A stretch of 37,266 bases of DNA, taken from NCBI GenBank assembly GCA_052055015.1, contig JBQJIT010000065.1, one strand, 5' to 3'. A model generated the notes under the pieces. The model searched no databases, was not told the DNA's origin, and saw nothing but the letters and a program-made list of their open reading frames with translations. This DNA is from Malassezia furfur (taxonomy: Eukaryota). Shown here in pieces: positions 1-8,808 of the stretch; position 1 is the stretch's first letter, and each line of letters starts with the position of its first letter. Made by a program: the position numbers and the translations under genes.

Positions 1-2422
1 GCCGGCCGCCTGGCCGGCGCGGGCGCTGCACGCAAGCGCACCGGTGCGCCGCACCCCGCTGCAGGCGCTGCGTGCGGGCTTTTCCGCGCGCGACTTGGAG
101 CAGGTGTGGGACGCATGGGACGCGCTGCGGACCGGCGGCGCGTTGCACCAGCTCCGCCGGCACGACGAGGCCGATCTGCTCGCGCTCGTGCGCGCAAACC
201 TCGCAGTGCTTGCGCCACGCAGTGCATCGGCCGCACACACGTTCCCCATCCGCGACACCCGCGACCCGGCGTGGCGCGAGCGGTGCGCCGTATGGGGGCG
301 CCGCGCCGCCGAGCGCAAGGATGTGCTCGGCGTACACGGCTGGATGCGCGTCGAACTGTTGTGCGGCGATGCGCCGCGTGCCATTGCACTTTTTCGCACA
401 TACCTCGATGCGCGCCGCGCCGCCGCCGACGGCGACACGCTCTACCTGGACGCCGACGTGCGCCAACGGCGTCAGGTGCACGACCTGCTCGAAGTGCTCG
501 TCCTGGCGTACGCGCACACGGGCGACGTGCGTAGTCTGGTCGACACCTTTCAGTCGTTTGACGTCGGGACGCACACCGAGCTGTTCTTTGACTATGCGCA
601 CTGCCGCCGCCAGTTTGCCAAGTTTCCGTGGAATGGCGCGCGCACGGAAGCCGCGCCGGACTCGCCGCTCGCCGCCATGCAGGAACGCGCGCTCGCCTTT
701 GTAAGCCATGCAGAGCTTGCGCGCGGCCTGCAGCGTGGCACGGGCGGCGCCGGCGGGCCGAACCGCATCGCGCGCCTGCTGGGCAGCCTGCTGACGCGTG
801 GCGACGTGGTGTCGTTCTGGCGCCTCTTTCGCACAGCCATGGCCGCGGGGGTGCTCCCCGCCGACACGCCCGCAAATGCCGCGTGGCTCGCACAGGCGCA
901 GCTCGCACAGGGCGACGCGCTCCCGGCATGGACGGACAGTTGCTGGACGGTGTGTCTGAGCGGCCTGCTCGCCGCGCGGCGCACCGACCTCGCGAGCCAG
1001 GTGTGGGCGGCGCTCATTGAGGTAGCACACGCGTTGGCCGCCCAAGGCGTCGCGTGGCCGCCGCTCGCGGTGTGGAATGCGCTGCTCGATGGCTACTCGC
1101 GTGCGAACGACTTTGACGCCGTGCAGGCGACGTGGCAGGTGCTTGTTGACCCGCACGCAAGCACCCGTGCCGTGCCGCTCGCCCAAGGTGCCGCGCGCAC
1201 CCTGCCGCGTCCCGCGTCGCTCGCGCCCGACCTGCTCTGCTACACGACGATGATCGCCGCCTCATTTCGGCGGCAGCGCCCTGACCTTGCGCTCGCGCTC
1301 TTCCGTACGCTGCAAGAGATGCAGGCGCGCGGCGAGCTGGCCATCTCGGTTGAGACCTACAACGCCGTCCTCCACGGTCTGTGTGTCGTGGGCCGCACCA
1401 AGGACGCCCAGCATCTCTTCCGCACGATGGGCACCGGTCGTGTCCCCCGGCCGACCATCACGACGCTCAACGTGCTCCTGCGCGCGCAGTCACGCAGCCG
1501 CGACCTGTCCGCCATGGCCGAGACGCTGCGCGCGATCCCTGCTCTGCAGCTGCGCCCGGACGTGATCACGTTCACCACCGTGCTTGATGCACTCCTTCGT
1601 GTCGCCGACACGCCCGAGCGCGCGCGTGCAGCCGTCGAGCAGGTGATGCAGATTATGCACTCGATGGACGTGCAGCCTAACTCGGTCACCTTCACCGCCA
1701 TGATCAAGGCATGCCTGCATATACCCAGCCAGGACGGCGAACCGCGCTGGCAGGTCGCGCTGCAGCTCCTCCACACAATGTGCACGACGCGCCTCGCACC
1801 CAACGGAGTAACGTACGCGACGATAATCCCGAGCGTGCTGGCACACGGCGCGCAGATTGCCGCACTCGCGCAGCGCAACCAGATCCCGGCGCTGTTCCGT
1901 AAGCTGCCGAGTACCTTGCCGCAGGCACACGCCGCATCGGACCTCGCGTGGGACGCCGACCGCGCCGCACTGCGTCTCGCGATTGTGCTCTGGGAGCAGA
2001 TGCGTGCCGACAATATCACGCCTTCGGCGGAACTGTACCACGCCATGCTCCGTGCGCTGCTGGCCGTGCCGGAAAACGCGACAGCATTTGCCTACGGTGC
2101 AGGCCTCGCCGACGAACTGTTGCATGCACACGGCGCACTTGCGCCGCACGCCACCGCCCAGGACACGACGGCGCCCACACCGACCGCTCACAGCTGGATC
2201 ACGGTGCTGAGCGCCTTGGCGCCCACCCAGCGGCACGCCGCGGGCGCCGCCAGTGCGCTCGCAGATGCGCTGCTAAGCGCCACGCTGCAACATTACGTGA
2301 CGTCGCCGCACGGCCGCGCTGCGCTGCACGCCGATCCACGGCCCACCGCGCAACGGGTCGAGCGCCTCGTGCGCGACGCACGCACGCGCCGCACCCCGTC
2401 CGTGCACGCGGGGGCAGATTAA
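1..2422 (+). CDS. Pentatricopeptide-repeat (PPR) protein, probably a mitochondrial RNA factor; 5' end lies outside the window
   Basis: Frame is open from the window edge to TAA 2420-2422. Serial PPR motifs: LAVWNALLDGYSRA, PDLLCYTTMIAASFR, SVETYNAVLHGLCVVG, PTITTLNVLLRA, PDVITFTTVLDALL, PNSVTFTAMIKACL, PNGVTYATII. Confidence 0.88.
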   Translation, partial: PAAWPARALHASAPVRRTPLQALRAGFSARDLEQVWDAWDALRTGGALHQLRRHDEADLLALVRANLAVLAPRSASAAHTFPIRDTRDPAWRERCAVWGRRAAERKDVLGVHGWMRVELLCGDAPRAIALFRTYLDARRAAADGDTLYLDADVRQRRQVHDLLEVLVLAYAHTGDVRSLVDTFQSFDVGTHTELFFDYAHCRRQFAKFPWNGARTEAAPDSPLAAMQERALAFVSHAELARGLQRGTGGAGGPNRIARLLGSLLTRGDVVSFWRLFRTAMAAGVLPADTPANAAWLAQAQLAQGDALPAWTDSCWTVCLSGLLAARRTDLASQVWAALIEVAHALAAQGVAWPPLAVWNALLDGYSRANDFDAVQATWQVLVDPHASTRAVPLAQGAARTLPRPASLAPDLLCYTTMIAASFRRQRPDLALALFRTLQEMQARGELAISVETYNAVLHGLCVVGRTKDAQHLFRTMGTGRVPRPTITTLNVLLRAQSRSRDLSAMAETLRAIPALQLRPDVITFTTVLDALLRVADTPERARAAVEQVMQIMHSMDVQPNSVTFTAMIKACLHIPSQDGEPRWQVALQLLHTMCTTRLAPNGVTYATIIPSVLAHGAQIAALAQRNQIPALFRKLPSTLPQAHAASDLAWDADRAALRLAIVLWEQMRADNITPSAELYHAMLRALLAVPENATAFAYGAGLADELLHAHGALAPHATAQDTTAPTPTAHSWITVLSALAPTQRHAAGAASALADALLSATLQHYVTSPHGRAALHADPRPTAQRVERLVRDARTRRTPSVHAGAD

Positions 2423-2520
2423 AGCCGGCGTACCGTGGCCCGGAAACTGCTTACGTACATAGCGGGGGGCGTGGCATGCCGTCCGGTCCAGCGCCAGCCG
2501 GGTGTCTTCGCACCGACGCC

Positions 2521-3150
2521 ATGTCCACCCAGACCGAAACGGCCCTGAGCAACGGCACCTCGCACTCGTCCGCCCACGTTCCGACGCATCCGGAGGCGAT
2601 CCGGGTCGAGTTCCAGGACGGCGACTACAACTCGTATGCTGTCGCGAGCATGGTAGGTTGCCCACAGCTTAGACAGCCCTTCCAAAAAGGCGAGATCATC
2701 GCCACGTTTGAGCACGCTACGCCCAGCTCCGCCGTGCGCTACTCTACGGTGCAGACGGGTGACGACGCGCATCTCGAGTTGAACAGCGAGTAGGTGCGCC
2801 GACTGACCCACAGCCTGCTCTACTGCAACCACTCGTGCGACCCCTCCGTCGAGTTCCACGTCAACGAGACGGATCTTCGCAAGGGGTATGCATGCGCCGC
2901 GCGCGACATTCGCCAGGGCGAGACACTGACGTTCTGTACGTCGCACACTGACCGCAGTTTATCCCTCCACGGAATGGCACATGGCCCAGCCGTTTGCGTG
3001 CCGATGCAACGCCAAAGTATGTGAGCCCCTCTTACCCAGCAATGCCTCGGTACGATCGCCGGTGCCGAAAAGCTCAGCAACGAGCAGCTTGCGCCCTACT
3101 TCCTCAACGACCACATTGCGCGCCGCAAGGCCGCCCAGGCCTCTTCGTAG
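2521..3150 (+). CDS. Small stand-alone SET/post-SET domain protein (putative lysine methyltransferase)
   Basis: ATG 2521. Introns 2653-2676 (24 nt, in frame, less certain), 2790-2813 (24), 2936-2957 (22), 3017-3039 (23). Spliced product has LLYCNHSCDP (SET NHSC motif), RDIRQGETLTFFYPSTEW and post-SET FACRCNAKQCLG. TAG 3148-3150. Confidence 0.85.
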
Positions 3151-3220
3151 TACCCACTGGGGAGTGGAGGAGACGCATTGATTGAGCCTCGCCCCACATT
3201 GTTTGCAGCACGCCCGAGGC

Positions 3221-4199
3221 ATGCCGTCCGAACCGCTGGACGCGGCCACCGAGGAGTATCTCCTGTGGCTCCTCTCAGATTCAAACTTACCCACAGGTAT
3301 GCTGAGGCGCTCATCCAGGTGGTTTTATCGCGTCCGCGGGCCTCGAATCGTACTATGCTCACGGCTTTCTAACGCACGCCCTCAAGCCCGGTGCGTCGCA
3401 CCAACACGCCGTTGTCCAACGTACCATTGACTTTGTCGAGTTCTCGCTGAGCAACTACGTGCAGTCCGTGCTGCCGTTCCTGCACGCCGCTTACTGCGTC
3501 ACGAAGTCGCTTGCACACGACACACCCCGCGCGATGCGCGCATTGGCCTGGCTCGACGCGCAGCACCATACCCTCTTGCTAAACCATGTTGCGCGCCGCG
3601 CATCTCTCATTCAGGGCAGTGCACTGCTCTCGCTCTTCGTGAAATCGTTTGCCCAGCGCGATGCGACGGCGCACTCGCTCGTGGATCGCCTTCGCGTCAA
3701 TGCCCGTCGAGGGTGTGCGAAGCTGAATAATGGCACAACCGCACTGCGTCCTGGTGCAGAAGAACTCGCGGGGCATTTGGCCATATGCGCTGGTGTGTTT
3801 GCAGCGGTCATTGGGCTGTCAGAAGAGCGCATGCTCCGCCAGAACCTCTTCCTCCAAGCCCGCAACATTATGTCGTGCTCCATTCGCCTCAATACCATTG
3901 GGCCCTATATGGCGCACCAACTGCTTGCATCCCAGCTGCATGAGCTCGTGGCGCGCCACTTTGGGAGGTTGGACCGTGGCGTATGCCAGCACCTGTTCGA
4001 TCAGGCGCTGCACGCATCTGAGATCGAGGCGCCGGCGGCATCTCAACGCGCCTCTCCATCCAATGGTCGCGATTGGGACTGGGACTGGGAGGATCCAGTG
4101 AGGCATGCGCAAGAGCTTACGCCATGTATGACTTGGCCACTAGGTGAGATTATCCAGGCAAGACACGACCAACTGCACTCGCGGCTATTTAATAGTTAA
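3221..4199 (+). CDS. ureF: Urease accessory protein UreF-like
   Basis: ATG 3221. Intron 3297-3318 (22 nt) restores LLSDSNLPTGGFIASAGLES, the UreF N-terminal motif. Also GHLAIC and the family C-terminus HDQLHSRLFNS*. Confidence 0.88.
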
Positions 4200-4900
4200 T
4201 TGATTGTGACGAAGCGGTTCGCACAACAACCCGCTTTTCAAAATGCATGTGGGGTTCGCCTTCCTCCATGAATTCAATATTATCGGTATGGTAGCCGAGA
4301 CTGTGTGAGCACTCGCAACCTACCGGTCATAGAACTTCCGCGCAATCACCAAGGCATTGAGCTCGATGTTTGCGTCCACCGTTTGTGTGCCACGCGGAAT
4401 GGGCGTATTGCTCAGCGCTTGGACCACCCATTTCTCCGCACTGTCCAGAAGGTAGCGGCCTGCGCCACGACCACGACGCGTAGCGCTGATGACAATACGA
4501 CCTAGCTTGACACCGGAAAGAAGCACGGAAGTGCCGTCAGCAGATAGCTCGAGCACCTGCTGGCAGTTCACGATCGAGGCTATCACCTGTGCTTCGGATC
4601 GCTGATGCCCCGGCGGAGACTGATCCTTACGACTTTGAGGGTAGCATGTCTCCGGTTCATCGGGTAATGGCAGGGGAATGATGCGCAATGTTCCCTGAAT
4701 GCTCTTGTCGCTCTCGTCAATAAGAAGCAAGCGCGCACTGATGTCGTCGAGGCTGTGTAAGCGCAGCTGACCTGCCTATTCATATCACGATTGGCATCGA
4801 ACCCCTGTTCTTCTACATAAACCTTGTATCTCAGGTTGTACGCTGCACTCAGTTCACTATCGGTGAGTGCAAGCCGCCAGGAGAAGTCATTTAATGCCAT
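4189..4900 (-). CDS. GNAT N-acetyltransferase, YjcF/ElaA-like, tandem copy 1
   Basis: ATG 4900. Intron 4753-4775 (23 nt, GC-AG) and intron 4301-4323 (23 nt). Motifs AAYNLRYKVYVEEQGF, KLGRIVISATRRGRGAGRYLL (acetyl-CoA motif A), ARKFYDRLGY, EFMEEGEPHMHF. Confidence 0.85.
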
Positions 4901-4934
4901 GAAGTTTAAGAATCAGCCGAGGCAATTGCCTGGA

Positions 4935-4941
4935 TGAGTCA
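4935..4941. promoter_or_regulatory. TGAGTCA (Gcn4/AP-1-type bZIP site) upstream of GNAT copy 1
   Basis: Exact TGAGTCA about 35 bp upstream of the ATG. The 11-mer TGGATGAGTCA also lies upstream of copy 2. Function is inferred. Confidence 0.4.
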
Positions 4942-5217
4942 CCTTCATGATTCCGCCAAATCGGTAACTGCCAAAAAGTTGGACATGCGGGGAAAATAGT
5001 AGGCGCATCGGCCAGGGTCTAGTTAAGGTTAAATGCAAACCTGTCGGAACTAAGAAAGGATGAGACTGGCTTTCTGATCAAGGCTTTCTATTGAACATCC
5101 CATAATCTAAAACTCTTGTTATAACGGGGATAGGAAGGCTTTATAGTGGGCGACTATCGATGAGCGGGCATGAATTGATGTATTTTGGAGAAATCGAAAG
5201 GATAGTGCATAGACCAA

Positions 5218-5914
5218 TCAAACACCCTTCCGGACAGTAACCCGCTTTTTGAAAAGGACATGGGGCTCGCCCTCGTCCAGGAATTCCACATTGTCCGTTG
5301 CATAGTTGAGACTGAATTAGTATAACACGCCACGTACCGGTCATAGAATTGGCGGGCACGGACTTGACCACCAAGCTGAATCAAGGCTTCCACCTCTTTG
5401 ACACCCTGCTTCACTGGTACTTGCGCCAGCGCCTCGACGACCCATTTCTCAGCACTGTCGACCAAAAAGCGGCCGGCACCCTGGCCTCTAAGTGAGCTGC
5501 TGACCACAATACGACCAAACTTCACCCCAGAAAGTAGGATAGAAGGCCCATTTGCAGTCTCTTCCACAACTTCTTGTTGATTCGCGATGGAGGCGATTAC
5601 TTGCTCTTCTGTACGAGCGCGGCCAGGTGGTGACTGATCCTTCCTTTGGCAGCCCGGAAAGGTAACCTCCCCACTTGGTAATGGGCAAGGAATAATGCGT
5701 AGTGTACCTTTCACACTGCCGTTGGACGTGTCAATTAACAGCAGATGCGCTGCAATCTCATCGAGGCTGAGTAAGTCAGCTGGTCTCACCTGTCAATATC
5801 AAGGTTCGGATCAAAACCTTGCTCCTCTACAAAAACTTTGTGGCGAATGTTGTACGCAGCACACAGCTCTTCATCAGAGAGCGCAAGGCGGCACGACAGC
5901 GTATCGGAAATCAT
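5218..5914 (-). CDS. GNAT N-acetyltransferase, YjcF/ElaA-like, tandem copy 2
   Basis: ATG 5914 (MISDTLSCRLALSDEELCAAYNIRHKVFVEEQGF). Introns 5767-5789 (23 nt) and 5312-5337 (26 nt). KFGRIVVSSSLRGQGAGRFLV, ARQFYDRLNY, EFLDEGEPHVLF. TGA ends at 5218. Confidence 0.87.
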
Positions 5915-5943
5915 GGGGGGCAATACTAGCCTAAGTGCGTGGA

Positions 5944-5950
5944 TGAGTCA
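5944..5950. promoter_or_regulatory. TGAGTCA (Gcn4/AP-1-type bZIP site) upstream of GNAT copy 2
   Basis: Exact TGAGTCA about 30 bp upstream of ATG 5914, within the same 11-mer as in copy 1. Confidence 0.4.
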
Positions 5951-6038
5951 GCTATGGCCTGGTGGTCCAAGCGCCCTCGCGACGAGCCTAGATGTGGAGA
6001 TGAGGCGACCCATATTGGCAACGCGCAGTCAACTTGGC

Positions 6039-6730
6039 TCAGGAAGGTGTCTGCTCACGCACGAGAATGCGCTTCTCAAAATGCATGTGGGGCTCACCCT
6101 CTTCCAGATACTCGACGTTGTCTGTCTGGTACCCAAGGCTGCATTAGACGTGTGACCTACCGGTCATAGAACCTGCGTGCTTGAGATTGACTGCTGAGAT
6201 GGATGCTGGCATACACCCTCCCAATGTCCGGCTTGACAGATACGTCAGATAAAGCCTTCGTAATCCATTCTTCTGCACCCTTCATTAGGAAACGACCGGC
6301 TCCGCATCCCCGATAAGGCGCTCTTACTGCCACGCGGCCAATCTTCGCGCCGGACAGCGCAAGGGTGTTACCATCAGCAGACAGTTTTTGAGCCTGTGCA
6401 AGCGATGCGGCAACCTGCTCTTCCGTTCGACCGCTGCCAGGGGGAGAATGATCCTTTCTCTTTGCATCATGCACAACGAAGCTGTCCGTACAAAGAGGAT
6501 AGGATAGGATACGCAGGGTGCCTTGTACACTCCCATTGCTTTCGTCAACGAGTAGGATATGGGCCGCCGTGTCGTCGAAACTGATAAGAATAACGGACAC
6601 ACCTGTCGAGGTCACGGTCAGCTCCAAAGCCTTGCTCGTCTACAAAGACTTCATAGCGTAGATTGTATGCTGCGCATAAGTCAGCGTTGGACAAGGCCAG
6701 GCGCAAGCCGAACTTAGGTGACTCCATCAT
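6039..6730 (-). CDS. GNAT N-acetyltransferase, YjcF/ElaA-like, tandem copy 3
   Basis: ATG 6730. Introns 6581-6602 (22 nt) and 6139-6160 (22 nt). AAYNLRYEVFVDEQGF, AKIGRVAVRAPYRGCGAGRFLM, IHLSSQSQARRFYDRLGY, EYLEEGEPHMHF. Closest of the four to the bacterial YjcF pattern as recalled. Confidence 0.88.
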
Positions 6731-6892
6731 AGAAGTGGAGAAAACCTACCCGGATGGATTTAACACCCCTACTAGATGTGAGATCTGCGAATGAGTCGAC
6801 GCTCGATGGCAAGCAAGTGTTTGAGCATTTTGTGCACTCTAGGCCCCATATCTAAACCGAACACCACGGCATAGTCCAGGGCGGTTGATAAC

Positions 6893-6960
6893 TGTTTTTT
6901 TTTTTGTTTCCTTCACAGGTTTTCTTCCACAATTTTTTGTTTAAGAGTTAAAAAAAAAGC
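6893..6960. repeat. Poly(dT)/poly(dA)-rich low-complexity patch between GNAT copies 3 and 4
   Basis: T run at about 6895-6905, more T runs to 6942, A run at 6950-6958. By eye, the most AT-rich stretch in the window. Confidence 0.7.
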
Positions 6961-7098
6961 TTTGGAAATTGCATATCATCAAGTGCGACTACGGACAGAC
7001 AGGTGCTTGCCCATCATTCAAACTTGAATGCATAGAACCCTGGTTATGGACACCAAGTCTGTCCCTGGCAATTTCGATAATCTTAAAATATTTAAAAT

Positions 7099-7789
7099 TT
7101 AGTCCTTGCGCACGGTGATGCGCTTGGAGTAAAGAAGGTGGGGGTGGCCCTCCTCCAAGTACTCGTTGTTGTCGGTGTGGTAACCCAAGCTGGGTGAGTT
7201 AAGATACATACTGGTCATAGAACTTGCGAGCACTCACAAGGCCACTAATCTCGATGGTCGCATCGACTTCCTTAGTGCCTTTAGTCACAGGCGTCTGGTT
7301 CAGCGCCTGAATGATCCACTTTTCGGCACCGTCCAGCAGGTGGCGACCACCGCCGCGACCGCGGTGCGCGGTGTGCACGGCAATGCGACCCAGCCTCACG
7401 CCAGAAATGAGTGCCGAAGGGCCATCGGCAGACTGCTCGAGAAGCTGCTGGCCATCGACAAGAGCCGAAATGACCTGCTCCTCCGTACGGCCGCTACCAG
7501 GGGGCGAGTTGTCCCTCCGGCTGGCCTCGTAGTAGAGAGGGGCCTTGTCCTCGACAGGAAGCGGCACAACGCGCAGAGTGCCCTGCACACTGTTGTCACC
7601 ATCGTCGATCAGCAAAAGCTGTGCAGCCGTGTCGTCGAAGCTGCGGGTGAGCACATTCACTTACCTGTCGAGCTCACGGCCGGCATCAAAGCCATGCTCC
7701 TTAACAAAGATCTCATGGCGCATGTTGTATGCGGCCTTGAGATCCTCATCAGAGAGAGCGAGGCGCCAACTGAAGCTGTGGGTAGACAT
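7099..7789 (-). CDS. GNAT N-acetyltransferase, YjcF/ElaA-like, tandem copy 4
   Basis: ATG 7789 (MSTHSFSWRLALSDEDLKAAYNMRHEIFVKEHGF). Introns 7641-7664 (24 nt) and 7190-7211 (22 nt). RLGRIAVHTAHRGRGGGRHLL, ARKFYDHLGY, EYLEEGHPHLLY. TAA ends at 7099. Confidence 0.88.
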
Positions 7790-8076
7790 GATGTTGTGAA
7801 GAAACGAAACTAGGGCTGCTCCCGATGAATAAAACCCGGAACCCCCGGCTTCTCCATGTGGGCGAGCCACATTCGTCGAAAGCCGTGGAATCATAAACGT
7901 GCTCGTACTACCCGTAGCAGACATCATGACACGTAGAAGCATGTCTGCACTATTTTGAAGGGCGCCGGCACGCGGCACGTCACTGAACCGTGGGTTCAGC
8001 CGTTGCCCACTGGGGGGTGGTCCATCTAGAGCATGGAAGACGGCGCGTTGATGAACTGTGGTATAGTATAGCCTAA

Positions 8077-8336
8077 TTACACACGCTTGGAGAAACGTGC
8101 GAGGTGGTAGTTGATCGTCGGCTTGCTCTTGTTGACCGCCGCACGCTGGGTGAGATTAGAAAACGTACCTTGGTCGCCATGCACTCGCGCAAGGTCCGTG
8201 TGGGCTCCAGGCACACCGACTGTGACCGGATATCATTCGAGCTCGCCCAGCACGCAAGAACAGCCGCAAACTCGGCCGCGCATGGCGCATTGGCAGCCAT
8301 CTTCTTGGGGCGCACCTTCAATTTGTCGACCTTCAT
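8077..8336 (-). CDS. MRP10: Mitochondrial small-subunit ribosomal protein mS37 (Mrp10)
   Basis: MKVDKLKVRPKK...PCAAEFAAVLACWAS...CLEPTRTLRECM (twin CX9C). Intron 8146-8168 (23 nt), then KPTINYHLARF, the family C-terminus. Confidence 0.85.
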
Positions 8337-8364
8337 CGCACTGAAGAAGGAGCCAACAGAATGC

Positions 8365-8370
8365 CACGTG
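8365..8370. promoter_or_regulatory. CACGTG E-box in the divergent MRP10/Sec61-beta spacer
   Basis: Palindromic CACGTG in the 82-bp spacer. It recurs in three other divergent spacers (10236, 16639, 30241). Confidence 0.35.
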
Positions 8371-8418
8371 GCGTGGAGGTTCCCTCTTGTCGGCCATCGT
8401 TCCACACCTTTGATTGGA

Positions 8419-8785
8419 ATGGTGCGTGGTTGCTCGTCGCTTACACAGTCTTCGTCTACTGGTCATCAGCCCCTTACGCAAGCGCAGCTTGCTGCTCTTG
8501 CCAGCCGTAACTCGAGTGTGATGCGGTACGTTCCGACACTCACGCAGGCGGCGCGCAGCGCAGAAGGAGGCCGAAAAGCCGCATAGCGCTCGTGCGGCTG
8601 GCGCTGGTGGCAGCTCTAGCACGATGCTACGCTTGAACACGGATGACAGTCGTGGTCTGAGCGTGTACGTTACCTGATCCTTACGCAGCGACCCTGTGGT
8701 TGTACTGGTCTTGTCGGTTGCCTTCGTGTTTAGCGTCGTGCTTCTGCATATCCTCGGCAAAGTCGCTCGCTACTTCTCGAAGTGA
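8419..8785 (+). CDS. SBH1: Sec61 translocon beta subunit (Sbh1/Sbh2 family)
   Basis: First exon is the ATG alone (8419-8421). Introns 8422-8448 (27 nt), 8526-8547 (22), 8665-8688 (24). Product has AAGAGGSSSTMLRLNTDDSRGLSVDPVVVLVLSVAFVFSVVLLHILGK, the Sec61-beta signature with tail anchor. Confidence 0.9.
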
Positions 8786-8808
8786 TGATGATTTTTTTCC
8801 AAATGCTG

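Noticed and set aside
2790..2813. In-frame TAG in the SET gene as stop-codon readthrough or pseudogene
   Set aside because: The stop falls inside a 24-nt GT-AG intron with a CTGAC branch site, and splicing restores NSDLLYCNHSC.
4072..4093. GGGACT-type short repeat encoding DWDWDW in ureF
   Set aside because: A short in-frame microsatellite in a variable loop, with no evidence of a separate function.
6890..7100. Active centromere core
   Set aside because: The patch is only about 200 bp and moderately AT-rich. Promoter/terminator sequence between two GNAT copies explains it more simply.
4189..7789. Recent bacterial horizontal-transfer island or mobile element for the GNAT array
   Set aside because: All copies have host-type micro-introns at shared positions, no transposase, terminal repeat or target-site duplication is visible, and lower GC extends into native genes. 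An ancient transfer cannot be excluded without a phylogeny.
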